Assembly: GCA_965219455.1 (NCBI GenBank) | Contig: OZ244744.1 | Coordinates: forward strand, 4,480,001-4,544,000 | Length of the DNA stretch: 64,000 bases | Direction of reading: 5' to 3' | From: Candidatus Latescibacterota bacterium | GTDB lineage: Bacteria > Latescibacterota > UBA2968 > GCA-2709665 | In this document: one piece after another, positions 30,121 to 41,400 of the stretch | Numbering within the stretch: the first letter of the stretch is position 1 | Layout: every line of letters starts with the position of its first letter | The notes under the pieces: generated by a model | What the model saw: only the letters and a program-made list of their open reading frames with translations | Told to the model about the DNA's origin: nothing | The model's database searches: none | Program-made: the position numbers and the translations under genes

Positions 30121-30169
30121 AGCGCCGATGGACGGCGTGCGGGCCCTCCGGACGTCGGCCTTTACCGGA

Positions 30170-31087
30170 TTATACCCCGATTGTTTCGATGCCGAGTTTA
30201 TCGAGGGCGGCGCGAATTTCCGCGCGACCCGCTGTGGAAACGTCGACGCGAGGCGGGCGAACCGGTCCGCCGGACAGACCGACGAGGTCCATACCGGCTT
30301 TTATCATCGCGACGTCCCCGTATCTGGCTCTCAACCTTTCCAGGGAGACAAGCTGGCGCTGGATGAGGACCATGGCCTCCCAGTTCTTATCGCAGGCGAG
30401 GTCGAAGAGTTCGAGTTCGTATTCCGGTGCGAAGTTGACGATGCCGGCCGAGAATCCGTCGATGCCCATCTGGAAGCGAAGGTGGAGCACACCCGGGTCG
30501 TGGCGTTTGTTGCCTATCCAGACAAAGCGGTCGCCGAGGGTCTGAATGGCGGCGAAAAGATTATGCGGCGCCCGGCACGGATCCTTGATCCCGATGATAC
30601 GGTCGACCTCCGCGAGCCGGAGATAGAACCCTGCGGGCCAGGCCTGGGTGTTATAGGGCATTAATGCCAGCCCCGAGGCGCCGGCAAGCATTCTGTAGTG
30701 GTTCAGAACACCCTCCAGGTTGTCCGGTACTTCGTTGCGAATATAGGGCGCCATTCCCAGGGCGACCCGGGCGCCCATTCGTTCGTAAGCGGGCGCAAGT
30801 TCCAGGGCGGCGCCGAGATTTTCCGGCAGGGTGGGAATGACCAGCGGCCCGGACCCCGCAATGTCGAATGCGGTCCGGGTGAGTGTTGCAAGTTCGGAAT
30901 TGGAAAGGGCGTTGACCTCACCGGTGCCTCCGCCGATGCTCAACACCTTCACGCCGTGCTCGATGAGAAAGCCCGCGTTCCTTTCCAGCGCGTTCGCGTC
31001 AAGTCGACCGCGGTCTCCCCTTTCGAACGGGGTGACAACAAAGGCATGGGTGTTCTTGAGTTTGTTTTTCAGGTCTTCGGGAAACAT
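30170..31087 (-). CDS. Dihydrodipicolinate synthase family protein (5-dehydro-4-deoxyglucarate dehydratase-like)
   Basis: VTPF, GGTGE, PYN and Schiff-base lysine GIKD. Confidence 0.88.
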   Translation of the reverse strand: MFPEDLKNKLKNTHAFVVTPFERGDRGRLDANALERNAGFLIEHGVKVLSIGGGTGEVNALSNSELATLTRTAFDIAGSGPLVIPTLPENLGAALELAPAYERMGARVALGMAPYIRNEVPDNLEGVLNHYRMLAGASGLALMPYNTQAWPAGFYLRLAEVDRIIGIKDPCRAPHNLFAAIQTLGDRFVWIGNKRHDPGVLHLRFQMGIDGFSAGIVNFAPEYELELFDLACDKNWEAMVLIQRQLVSLERLRARYGDVAMIKAGMDLVGLSGGPVRPPRVDVSTAGRAEIRAALDKLGIETIGV

Positions 31088-31197
31088 TTCCGGCTGGCTC
31101 CGTGGAATGCAGGTTGTCGGTTATGGATAAGAACTGAAGCAATATAGTCCGGCACGCGGCCGCGCAAAAATGAAAATTTCGTCCTGAGAGGTGTCCC

Positions 31198-32187
31198 GTG
31201 ATCAAGATTGGAACGCGGATCGATCCGAAATGGCTGGACCGGCCGCAGGATTTGCAGTTCCTGAAGCAGATTGGCGTGGACGTGGTGGATGTGACGCTGG
31301 ATATTTTTCCGGGCTATAAGGAGACCGGAAAACTCGAGCGCGAAAGCGTGGAGGCAGTGGTGGAGGTGGTGGACGGCGCCGGCCTGAAGATCGAACGGGC
31401 GAATTCGACCAGCGACTATTCACGAGCGGTTTTTCTGGATGAACCGGGTGCGGCAGAGGAACTCGATCATCTCGTGGCGAACGTCGCGCTTTGCGGGGAG
31501 TACGGTTTTCCCGTTATCGGGATACAGTGTTTTCAGGCCGCCGGGTTCGGCGGGTTTTCACGAGGTGTTTTCGAGTGGGTGGAGGGCCGTGGCGGGTACC
31601 GGCATCTAAGGGTCGATTTGCGCGACGCGCTCAACAGGCCCGTTCGGGAAGGCGCCCCCACGCCTGAGGAACTCTGGGAACGAACGCTGAAGATTTTTCG
31701 CGCGACGGTGCCGGTTGCCGAAGCCGCGGGCACACGGGTCGCCATGCATGGAAACGATCCGCCCGTGCCCAGCCTGTATGGCGTGCCGCAGGTCTTGTAC
31801 GATTTCGCGGCATTCGATCGGCTGTTCTCAGAGGTGCCGTCACCGGCAAACGGGATGACGTTTTGCGTGGGCACGCGGTACGAGTCGGGCGAAGACGTGT
31901 TCGAGGGAATCCGGCGTTTTGGCGGGCAGGGGAAGATCTTCCACGTTCATTTTCGAAACGTGCGGGGAACCATTCCCGAAACCGGAGGATATGAAGAAGT
32001 GATTCCGGACCTGGGAGACCTGAACATGTTCCAGGTGGTTCGGGCGTTGCACGAAGTGGGGTTTGAAGGCGCCATTGACTACGACCATATCATGGAATTG
32101 GCGGGTGACGCGGAAGGGCGGGCTTACATAGCATTTTGTGTGGGACAGATGCACGGGTTCCTGCAGGCGCTCGAGACGGACCGATAG
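31198..32187 (+). CDS. Mannonate dehydratase (UxuA) family protein
   Basis: LKQIGV, PVAEAAG..VAMHGNDPP, NGMTFCVG, HVHFRNV and DH. Confidence 0.85.
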   Translation: MIKIGTRIDPKWLDRPQDLQFLKQIGVDVVDVTLDIFPGYKETGKLERESVEAVVEVVDGAGLKIERANSTSDYSRAVFLDEPGAAEELDHLVANVALCGEYGFPVIGIQCFQAAGFGGFSRGVFEWVEGRGGYRHLRVDLRDALNRPVREGAPTPEELWERTLKIFRATVPVAEAAGTRVAMHGNDPPVPSLYGVPQVLYDFAAFDRLFSEVPSPANGMTFCVGTRYESGEDVFEGIRRFGGQGKIFHVHFRNVRGTIPETGGYEEVIPDLGDLNMFQVVRALHEVGFEGAIDYDHIMELAGDAEGRAYIAFCVGQMHGFLQALETDR

Positions 32188-32361
32188 TTGCGGCCGCGCG
32201 GCCGGCATTCAAGGATGAGGCAAGGATGACCGTCGCACGGCGGCCTTTCGCTGTCCGCCCGACGGGAACCCGGGCCATGCGAATTGCGGAGGACCTTTCG
32301 CCCAGCCGATATCCGGCCGGGCCAATTACGATCGTGCCGGCAGATAACGCTGAGCGTCGTC

Positions 32362-34968
32362 ATGGCAAACACGATGGAAATGGTTGTTGAACTCGCACGG
32401 ACGCCCCGGGCTTCATTGGAACAGGTTGGCGGAAAGGCGCGAAATCTGGGGCGCCTGCTTGCCGGCGGATTCCGTGTTCCGGACGGGTTTTGCGTGACGG
32501 CGGACGCCTGTGTGCGGTTTCTGGAATACAATGGCCTTGATCCCGCCGGCGCGACCGAGGAGACGGTTGCGGGGGGATCGTTTCCCCCCGACGTTGAACA
32601 GGCCGTTCGAGCTACCTCCGAATCGCTCCTCGGCAAAGGAGCAAAATCCGTTGCAGTGCGTTCGTCCGGCGCGTCTGAGGACGGCAGCGCGTTCGCTTTT
32701 GCCGGACAGTTCGAGACCTACCTGAACCTGACGGATGTCGAATCCGTTCTTGCGCACGTCCGGTTGTGCTGGGCGTCGGCGTGGAACGACCGTCTGCGGA
32801 CCTATGCGCCGGGTCTGGTACCGCGCATTGCGGTTGTGGTCCAGGAGATGGTCGACGCCGAAAAGTCAGGCATCCTTTTCACGCGGAACCCGGTAGCGTC
32901 AGGTGCACCGGGTATTTTTGTAGAGGCCAACTGGGGGCTCGGAGAGACCGTGGTCGCGGGAGAGGTTTCGCCCGATTCTTACGTACTGGACCGGAAGACG
33001 GGCCGGGTCGTCGAGAAACAGATAGCGCACAAGTTGTGGAGGCTCCGTCCGGGTGACCGCCGCGCCGAACCCATGCCGGAGGGGCTACGGGACGCAGAGG
33101 CGCTTTCCCCGGGTGAGCTTCATATGCTGTGGCGGCAGGGCAGCGAGGTCGAGGCGTTTTCCGATGGCCGGCCTCAGGATATCGAATGGGCGTTTTCCAA
33201 TGGCCGGCTCTATCTCCTGCAGACACGTCCAATTACAACGACCGTGTCCCGGCCGCGTGGGAGGTGGTCACGGGGGATCTGTGACGACCTCTGGTCCGAG
33301 GCCCTGTGTCCGATGGCGGCGTCGATAATTGCGGATCGCCTGAGCGAGGCGTATACGTTTCAGGGTCCCGTACGGCGGCTGGGTCTGGAGGCGTTGGTAC
33401 GCAGCGACATGATGAAAGTGATCGATTGCTACATGTACGTGAATGCGGACGCCGTGGCGCAGGTACTCAAGCTGGTTCCGGAGAAACTTCTGGTGGACGA
33501 TGCGCTGCTCATACTGCCCCGGAAACTCCAGGAGGAAGTGGCTGGCGCGACGCGGACCTGGCGGCGGATTATCCCGGCGCTGCTGCGTCTGCCGGGCCTT
33601 CTTATGACCGAACCCTACGGACTGATTCACAGCAATCACCGGAGGGTCAGGCACGCGTTTTGCCCGGTATTCAACCGGCGGGCCCGTTCGATTGAGCGGC
33701 AGATTTCCTCGGCACGCGATCCGGATGCGCTGCTGTTGGCCGTGGATCGTCTTACGGCACTCGCGATGCATCAGCAACGGGACGTCAACCAGTGGAGTTA
33801 CGCGTTTGCGATGAACTGCATCTGGGTTCTGCGCGTGATGGTGGTCCGTTGGGCGGGTCTCGATATGGCCGCTTTCAAGGATCTGCTGCTGGTCCCGGCA
33901 AGCAACAAGACTTCCGAGGCCAACGCCGCACTGGAGAAATTGGCGGATGAGGTCCGAAGCGATTCCGGTCTGCGACGGATCATGGAGACCGGGACGGACG
34001 AGGCGTTCCTCGAATATCTTCGGGCAGGCGAAGGTGGCTTCCCTTTCAGGTTCAATGCATTCATCGACGCGTATGGGTTTCGCGCTGCGAATAGGGATTT
34101 TACATTTGCGCGATGGCATGAACGTCCGGAAGCCGTTGTGCAGATGCTCCGACAGAACCTTTGCGCGGAACCCGCACCGGCGCACCGGGCGTCGCGGGAA
34201 CTGATGCGGACGGCCGAAATGGAGGTGGCGAGTCGTCTGTCGGAAACGACGTGGGGATGGGCACGGACCGTGACGTTCAGGTTTGTGTTGAAATATACGA
34301 GGATCTATCTCGGGCTTCGAGAGGAGCTGCGATTTTATCTGGACAGACTGTTTGCAGGGTACAGGGCGGTTTTTCTGAAACTGGGCGACCATCTCGTATC
34401 CCGCGGCGTGCTGGGGCGGAAGGAAGAGGTGTTTTTCCTGACGTGTACCGAGGTAGAGAACGCGTTCAAGGGCGGCTCCGTGGCTTGCGAGGATGAGATT
34501 CATCGACGGATCGCCGATTTCGAACGTGCGCGTGGTCGCCAGCCGTTTTATTTCTGGATTGAAGGACGTGGTGAGAATCCGGTTCCCGACGAGAATCAGG
34601 ATGCGCATCGGTTGCGAGGCATCGGAACGAGTTCCGGTACGGCAACCGGAATCGCACGGCTGATACGCGGACCCGAGGAGTTTGAGACACTGGCGCAGGG
34701 GGAGGTACTGGTCGCAATGGGTACCGACCCCGGATGGACACCGCTTTTTCGGCGCGTAAGTGCGGTCGTGACGGAAATCGGCGGGGTCCTGAACCACAGT
34801 TCGGTGATCGCGCGGGAGTACCAGGTTCCGGCGGTGGTGGGTGTGTCGGGTGCCACGTGGCGCATACGCACCGGAGACCGGATTACGGTGGATGGGAGCC
34901 GGGGTGTTGTGGAAATTCACGGTGACGGAAGCGAGCACCGGACATCATCGGGACAGAACACTGGATGA
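32362..34968 (+). CDS. PEP-synthase-like dikinase with rifampicin-phosphotransferase (RPH)-type domain order
   Basis: N-terminal ATP-grasp (VGGKARNL, VAVRSS, ED...FAGQFET, QDIEWA, LQTRPIT); long central domain; C-terminal phospho-His swivel (TDPGWTPLF, GGVLNHSSVIAREY). Confidence 0.85.
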   Translation: MANTMEMVVELARTPRASLEQVGGKARNLGRLLAGGFRVPDGFCVTADACVRFLEYNGLDPAGATEETVAGGSFPPDVEQAVRATSESLLGKGAKSVAVRSSGASEDGSAFAFAGQFETYLNLTDVESVLAHVRLCWASAWNDRLRTYAPGLVPRIAVVVQEMVDAEKSGILFTRNPVASGAPGIFVEANWGLGETVVAGEVSPDSYVLDRKTGRVVEKQIAHKLWRLRPGDRRAEPMPEGLRDAEALSPGELHMLWRQGSEVEAFSDGRPQDIEWAFSNGRLYLLQTRPITTTVSRPRGRWSRGICDDLWSEALCPMAASIIADRLSEAYTFQGPVRRLGLEALVRSDMMKVIDCYMYVNADAVAQVLKLVPEKLLVDDALLILPRKLQEEVAGATRTWRRIIPALLRLPGLLMTEPYGLIHSNHRRVRHAFCPVFNRRARSIERQISSARDPDALLLAVDRLTALAMHQQRDVNQWSYAFAMNCIWVLRVMVVRWAGLDMAAFKDLLLVPASNKTSEANAALEKLADEVRSDSGLRRIMETGTDEAFLEYLRAGEGGFPFRFNAFIDAYGFRAANRDFTFARWHERPEAVVQMLRQNLCAEPAPAHRASRELMRTAEMEVASRLSETTWGWARTVTFRFVLKYTRIYLGLREELRFYLDRLFAGYRAVFLKLGDHLVSRGVLGRKEEVFFLTCTEVENAFKGGSVACEDEIHRRIADFERARGRQPFYFWIEGRGENPVPDENQDAHRLRGIGTSSGTATGIARLIRGPEEFETLAQGEVLVAMGTDPGWTPLFRRVSAVVTEIGGVLNHSSVIAREYQVPAVVGVSGATWRIRTGDRITVDGSRGVVEIHGDGSEHRTSSGQNTG

Positions 34969-35176
34969 ATCACGGACCTGGATTTGTCCAATTCCTGTAC
35001 ACAATCGCATAATCCGTTTGTTTTTAAATATTTAGGTGATTTTCTCTGATGCCGCCGGTCCAACTTCGTACTCTCGAGTCCGCGAATGGGTTGCCAAACC
35101 ATCCGTTTTATTCTAAATTTATAATTCTACATCGGAACCGCTGTTGAGTTTTTTTTTACGTTTCGGCAGAGCGCCA

Positions 35177-35866
35177 ATGACTTCGATTTCGGAGAATCTG
35201 AAACGGGTCCGGGAACGCATCGTCCGTGCAGCGGAGCGAGCGGGGCGACCGGCGCAGGACGTAACCCTCGTCGCGGTTTCCAAGACAAAGCCCGTTGAGG
35301 TCATCCGTGAAGCGGTGAAGGCCGGGGTCCATGTGCTGGGTGAGAACCGGGTACAGGAGGCAGAGACGAAGGTTGGCAGCGTCGCGGGTGCGGTGGATTG
35401 GCACCTGGTGGGGCATTTGCAGCGGAATAAGGTGAAAAGCGCACTCCGCATGTTCGAAATGGTTCACTCGGTGGACAGTCTGCGGCTGGCAAGGGAGATT
35501 GGAAAACGCGCGGTACAGGCCGGAATGTCCGCGCGGACGCTCGTGCAGGTGAATACCTCGGGGGCGGATTCCCAGTTCGGGGCCGCGCCCGACGCAGCGA
35601 TCGATCTGGTCGGGCGGATTTCGGAGATGGACGGGGTGGATGTGGAGGGGTTGATGACGATTGGTTTGTTTTTACCGGACCCGGAGGCGGTGCGACCCTG
35701 CTTCGTACAGCTGCGGGAACTGAGTGAGAAGATTGCGGCGGCGCGTATACCGGGTGTATCCATGACACATCTGTCAATGGGGATGACGGGGGATTTTGAA
35801 GTGGCAGTTGAGGAGGGCGCCACGATGGTGCGCGTCGGCTCGGCGATTTTCGGTTCCAGACAGTAA
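35177..35866 (+). CDS. yggS: PLP homeostasis protein YggS
   Basis: LVAVSKT, GENRVQEA, WHLVGHLQRNK, GLMT, LSMGMTGD and VRVGSAIFG. Confidence 0.96.
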   Translation: MTSISENLKRVRERIVRAAERAGRPAQDVTLVAVSKTKPVEVIREAVKAGVHVLGENRVQEAETKVGSVAGAVDWHLVGHLQRNKVKSALRMFEMVHSVDSLRLAREIGKRAVQAGMSARTLVQVNTSGADSQFGAAPDAAIDLVGRISEMDGVDVEGLMTIGLFLPDPEAVRPCFVQLRELSEKIAAARIPGVSMTHLSMGMTGDFEVAVEEGATMVRVGSAIFGSRQ

Positions 35867-35950
35867 CGCTGGAGCAGGGTGCGTCGGTGCGATTAACCGC
35901 CGGTCCGGCGCCTGCCCGTCTTCGGTGGCAGGATTCAGCGAAGGGCAATT

Positions 35951-36553
35951 ATGTTATACGTTCTGTTGCAGGTGTTCGACTACATGCGGGCAGCCATCAG
36001 CTTTGTGGCGTTTTCGGCGGTTGTGGTTGTCGTTGTGTTGATGGTTCTACGATGGATCCTGTTGAAGGCGCAACCGTTTGGCCGGCTGTCGCAGGTCGTT
36101 CGGGAATGGACTGATCCCATGATCTGGCCAGTCGCACAGAGCCTGCCCGCACCCAACAGTCTCGCCATTGCACCCTTGTTTGTGATTCTGGCAACGTTGT
36201 TGGCAGCGTTTTTTCTGAAGTGGGTCAGCAACGACGTGCTTCTGGCGCTGGAGGGGGTGGTTCGGGCGTTGTTGAACCTTGCCCTTCTTCAGGTCGTTGG
36301 CTGGCTCTTTTACGGCGCAATTTCGGTTTTCCTGGTGTTGATCCTCGCTCGCATCATTGTTTCCTGGATGCCCTTCTTGCGAAACGGGCGGTTAATCTGG
36401 ACACTGTATTCGCTTACCGAGCCCGTCATGGCGCCCTTCCGGCGCCTGATTCCGCCACTGGGCATGTTTGATCTGTCGCCGATTCTGTTGATCCTGCTGT
36501 TAAATTTCGCCAAAGGAGCGGTTCTCGTGGTTTTCGGATTGAGTATGTCGTAA
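35951..36553 (+). CDS. yggT: YggT family membrane protein (two repeats)
   Basis: TDP/TEP repeats and PFRRLIPPLGMFDLSPI; follows yggS. Confidence 0.9.
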   Translation: MLYVLLQVFDYMRAAISFVAFSAVVVVVVLMVLRWILLKAQPFGRLSQVVREWTDPMIWPVAQSLPAPNSLAIAPLFVILATLLAAFFLKWVSNDVLLALEGVVRALLNLALLQVVGWLFYGAISVFLVLILARIIVSWMPFLRNGRLIWTLYSLTEPVMAPFRRLIPPLGMFDLSPILLILLLNFAKGAVLVVFGLSMS

Positions 36554-36720
36554 AGGCGGGAGTCGGGTATGGGAACGTGTATAACGGATACGCGTTCCGC
36601 CAAACCCGGCTCTGAATCCTGATTTCCGCCTTTCCTCTCCGCGAGTGGCGGTTTCCCCTGCCGCCCGCTTGAGGTATCCCGGCGCTGGCGGCGCCGAGGA
36701 CGGTCATGGAGGTGGTTCCC

Positions 36721-36864
36721 GTGAAGATGACTTCGCCGGATATCCGGAAGGATGAATTCGACGGCGTTGACGACGCGCGTACGAATGATGGAGACGAGAA
36801 ATCGTACGTGAAGGACGGCAACGGCCAGATCCCGAATGGAGATTACACGGAGACGGAGGACTGA
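36721..36864 (+). pseudogene. 47-aa ORF with DivIVA-like N-terminus (truncated divIVA remnant or small protein)
   Basis: Strong RBS GGAGGTGG; MKMTSPDIRKDEF resembles the DivIVA start M(K)LTPxDIxxxEF; located after yggS-yggT. Confidence 0.45.
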
Positions 36865-36933
36865 ATTTCTGTCTGCCTTCCAGGCGCCTCGCCATTGCGA
36901 GACCGATTTTACCGGCAGGAGCGGAGCGGATCC

Positions 36934-37821
36934 ATGACAGAGACAAAGCCGTTGCGCCTGGGTGTGATTGGCGGTTCCGGGTTCTATGAGATGGATGGCG
37001 TCACGGTGGTGCAGGAACGTGAGGTGGACACGCCATTCGGCCAGCCCTCCGATCTGCTGTTAGAAACGAATATTAACGGACGTACGGTTGTATTCCTGCC
37101 CCGCCACGGGCGCGGACACCGGCTGCTGCCTTCCGAGGTGGGATACCGTGCCAATATCCATGCGTTGAAACAGCTGGATGTCACCCACGTGCTCGCCGTG
37201 GGCGCCGTGGGAATTATGAAAGAACATATCAGGCCGGGAGACATGGTGGTTCCGGATCAGGTTTTCGATCGTACCAAGGGGATTCGGCCGTCCACGTTTT
37301 TCGGCGACGGGGTTGTGGGGCACGTGACGTTCGCAGACCCGTTTTGCGCGGATATGCGCGGCGTTGTTGCGCAAGCGGCGAGGAATCGCGGCGCTAAGGT
37401 TCACGACGGCGGCACGTATGTCTGCATGGAAGGGCCACAGTTTTCGACCAGGGCAGAGTCGCATTTTTATCGCCGGGCGGCAAATGCCACGGTGATCGGA
37501 ATGACGGCGCTTCCGGAGGCCAAGCTGGCACGAGAGGCGGAATTGTGCTATGCCGTGCTGTCCATGGGTACGGACTACGATTGCTGGCACGAGCGGGAAC
37601 AGGATGTGGATATTGAAGCCGTGCTGGCCATTCTGAAGGCCAATACCCGGATGGCCAATGCGGTCGTGAAAGAAATCGCCGGTCTGCTGCCGGAGGCGTT
37701 GGATTGCGAATGTCACCACGCGGCGCGGGATGCGATTATTACGGCGCCCGGCGCCATTTCGAATGAGGCAAGACAACGGCTGAGCGTACTTTATGGACAC
37801 TATCTGGGTGGGACGAGATGA
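36934..37821 (+). CDS. mtnP: S-methyl-5'-thioadenosine phosphorylase
   Basis: GVIGGSG, TPFGQPS, RHGRGH, EGPQFSTRAES, GMTALPEAKLAREAE and TDYDCW. Confidence 0.95.
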   Translation: MTETKPLRLGVIGGSGFYEMDGVTVVQEREVDTPFGQPSDLLLETNINGRTVVFLPRHGRGHRLLPSEVGYRANIHALKQLDVTHVLAVGAVGIMKEHIRPGDMVVPDQVFDRTKGIRPSTFFGDGVVGHVTFADPFCADMRGVVAQAARNRGAKVHDGGTYVCMEGPQFSTRAESHFYRRAANATVIGMTALPEAKLAREAELCYAVLSMGTDYDCWHEREQDVDIEAVLAILKANTRMANAVVKEIAGLLPEALDCECHHAARDAIITAPGAISNEARQRLSVLYGHYLGGTR

Positions 37822-38288
37822 TCGACGAACGATGGTACCGGAAACCCGAGGGCATGCCGGAAGCCGTTTCGGCGGGGGGTGTGGTTGTACGGGTGGCGGA
37901 CGGACAGGTGATGGTGGCGCTGATTCGCGAGCAGTCCTACGAGGAATACGTGCTGCCCAAGGGACACGTGGACAAGGGCGAGACCGTCGAGGAGGCTGCG
38001 CGACGGGAGATCGAGGAGGAGGCGGGGTTTACGGAATTGGAGTTGATCCGGTCGATGGGCGTACGGGCGCGGATGAATTATCATCGGACGGAATGGAAGA
38101 CCACGCATTATTTCCTGTATCGGACCAGGCAGGTGGATGTCGTGCCCTCGGACGTAGAACATCACGAAGTCGTGGACTGGTTTCCCATCGATCGGCTGCC
38201 GTTGATGATGTGGCCGGAACAGAAGGTGTTGCTGGGGGAGAACGAGGGCCGGATTGCCGCGATGATGAATGGCGAATCGGTTCGATAA
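37818..38288 (+). CDS. NUDIX hydrolase
   Basis: Nudix box PKGHVDKGETVEEAARREIEEEAG. Confidence 0.92.
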   Translation: MIDERWYRKPEGMPEAVSAGGVVVRVADGQVMVALIREQSYEEYVLPKGHVDKGETVEEAARREIEEEAGFTELELIRSMGVRARMNYHRTEWKTTHYFLYRTRQVDVVPSDVEHHEVVDWFPIDRLPLMMWPEQKVLLGENEGRIAAMMNGESVR

Positions 38289-38443
38289 CATCAAGTAACT
38301 CCAAGCGCGATATTTTCGCGTGAACCGGTTTTCGGTACGGTGCAGGAGGATTCCGATCGGTCGCTGACCCTGAACTGAGCAGGACGTTGAAACCTTAAGT
38401 GTACGGAACGTTTCAGACCACACCCGTGAAGCGAACAAACCTC

Positions 38444-41400
38444 ATGGCGGCGGAACAAAAGGCAGACACGGTGTTTGAAGATGTTTCCGGCAGGATGAAC
38501 TTTCCCCGGATGGAGAAGGAGATTCTTCGGTTCTGGGAGGAAAACCGGACGTTTGCGAAGTCGGTGGCAACCCGCCCGGAATCCGGTTCGTTCATTTTCA
38601 ACGACGGGCCGCCGTTCGCAAGCGGGCTTCCGCACTACGGGCATCTGCTGGCGTCCATTATCAAAGACGTCGTGCCGCGGTACTGGACGATGCGCGGTTA
38701 CCGCGTGGACCGGCGTTTCGGGTGGGATTGCCACGGACTGCCGGTCGAGAACGAGGCCGAGCGGCAGTTGGGCCTGAAGTCCAGAAAAGACATCCTTGCA
38801 TTCGGAGTGAGTCGGTTCAACGAGTTCTGCCGGGAACAGGTGCTTCAGTACACGGCGGAGTGGAAACAGGTGATCCAGCGATGCGGACGGTGGGTGGATT
38901 GGGACCACCAATACCGGACCATGGATCCGGATTTCATGGAGTCGGTGTGGTGGGTGTTCAAAAGCCTGTGGGAGAAGGACCTTATCTATGAGGGTTACTA
39001 TTCCCTGGCCTACTGTCCCAGATGCGCCACGCCGCTTTCGAATTTCGAGGTGAATCTGGGGGGCTACCGGGATACCCAGGATCCTTCGATCACTGTGCGT
39101 TTCCGCGTGCGGGGACAGGCGAATACGTCGATTCTGGCCTGGACGACCACCCCGTGGACGCTGCCTTCGAATATGGCGCTCGCGGTCGGAGAAGACATCC
39201 CGTACGTGCGCGTCCACATGGAGAACGGAGAGCAGTTAATCCTTGCGGAGCCGCGTTTCGATGCCCTGTTTGGCGGGCGCAACGGGGAAGTGGCGCGGGT
39301 GGAAACGGAGCCGATGGAGGCACTGCTGAAGATGCGTTACGTGCCGCTGTTCGGCTACTTCGCAGATCTGGGAAATGAGGGCGCGTTTCGCGTGGTTGCG
39401 GCCGATTTCGTGTCGACCGAAGACGGTACCGGGATCGTGCACGTCGCACCCGGTTTCGGTGAAGACGACTATCAACTGGGCGTTGAAAAAGGCATCCCGG
39501 TCGTGTGTCCGATCGACGAGGACTGCGCCTTCACGGATGCGATCCAGGACTATACCGGACAGTTTGTGAAGGAAGTCGATCGTCATATCATACGGCGACT
39601 GCGAAAAGACGGTCTGCTGTTCTCCGAGGGCACGCTGGTTCACAGCTACCCCTACTGCTGGCGGTGTGACTCTCCCCTGATTTATCGCGCAATCGCAACC
39701 TGGTTTGTGGCCATTGAACCGATCAAGGAGAAGATGATTGCCTCGAATCAGCGGGTCCGCTGGGTGCCGGAACACATAAAGAACGGGCGATTCGGACGCT
39801 GGCTGGAGGATGCGCGGGATTGGGCGATCAGCAGGAACCGCTACTGGGGCACGCCGTTGCCGGTCTGGCGAAATGAGGAGACCGGGGAGACAATTTGTGT
39901 GGGCAGCCGTGAAGAACTGGAGCGCTTGAGCGGTGAGAAGGTGGAGGATCTGCACAAGCATCTGATCGATCATATCGAAATACCCAGTTCCACCGGAAGA
40001 GGCGTGTTGAGGCGTATTCCCGAGGTGCTGGATTGCTGGTTCGAGTCCGGGTCCATGCCCTACGCCCAGATGCACTATCCGTTTGAGAATCGATCGTTTT
40101 TCGAGGCGAATTTTCCGGCCGACTTCATTTCCGAGGGGCTGGATCAGACCCGGGGCTGGTTTTATACGTTGACGGTTCTCGCGGCCGCGTTGTTTGAGGA
40201 GCCGGCGTTCAGGAATTGCATTGTATCCGGGATGCTGCTTGCAGAGGACGGACGCAAAATGAGCAAGCGGCTCAAGAACTATCCGGAACCCACCGAGATG
40301 CTCGATGCGTACGGCGCGGACGCGTTGAGGCTGTATCTGTTGAACTCTCCGGCGCTTAAGGCCGAGGAGTTGAGGATCAGTGAGCGGGGCATTCAGGAGA
40401 GCCTGCGTTCGGTGATTATTCCACTTTGGAACGCGTACGGCGGGATTTTCGTCACCTATGCCAATATCGACGGTTGGACGCCGGCCGGGGCGGGAGGCGT
40501 GGCGCGCACCCACGAACTGGACCGCTGGATCCTTTCGGAATTGCAGACCCTGCTGCACGACATGAATGCCGAGATGTCAGCTTACCGGCTGTACAGGACC
40601 GTGCCGGTAATGGTTTCATTTGTAGAGAAATTGACGAACTGGTACATCCGCCGCAGCCGCCGCCGCTTCTGGAAGTCGGAAGACGACGAGGACAAGGCGG
40701 CGGTTTACGAGACGCTCTACGAAGTGCTGGTTGTATTGGTAAAGGCCATGGCGCCGGTGCTGCCGTTCGTGACCGAGCATATCTATCAGAATCTGGTGAG
40801 AAGAGTGGATGCGGAGGCGCCAGAGAGCGTGCACCTGTGCGAAATGCCGCTTGCCGATGAGTCGTTGCGCGATACCGAACTTGAGGGCCAGATGCATCTG
40901 ACGATGCGCGCGGTTGCTCTGGGTCGGTCGCTTCGCAACCGGCACGACCTTAAGGTGCGTCAACCGTTGCGGCGGGTCTACCTGCTGCCGCCCGATACGG
41001 CCGGGCGCGATGCGCTGACGTCGATGCAGGGCCTGATCGCCGAGGAACTGAACATCAAAGAGGTGGTGTTGGTGGAGGACGAGACCGAGTTGAGCGAAAT
41101 TTCATACAGACCCAACTTCAGGGCGTTGGGACCGCGTTTCGGGAAACGCATGAAAGAGGTGGCCGAGCGCATTGCCGATTTGGCGCCGGAAGAGGTCGAA
41201 CGCCTGCGGTCCGGTGAGAAGCTGTCGGTTGCGGGAGGGGAAATCGCTCTTGAGGATCTGGAAATCCAGCGGCGGAAGAAAGACGACGTCGTGGTGGCTG
41301 TCGAGAACAATTTGTGCGTCGGGCTGGATGTGCATCTCGACGAAGAGCTGATCGACGAGTGTACGGCGCGTGAATTCGTCAACCGCGTACAGAACATGCG

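Noticed and set aside
38289-38443. T-box leader upstream of ileS
   Set aside because: Short region with no T-box (UGGNACC) antiterminator motif or terminator.
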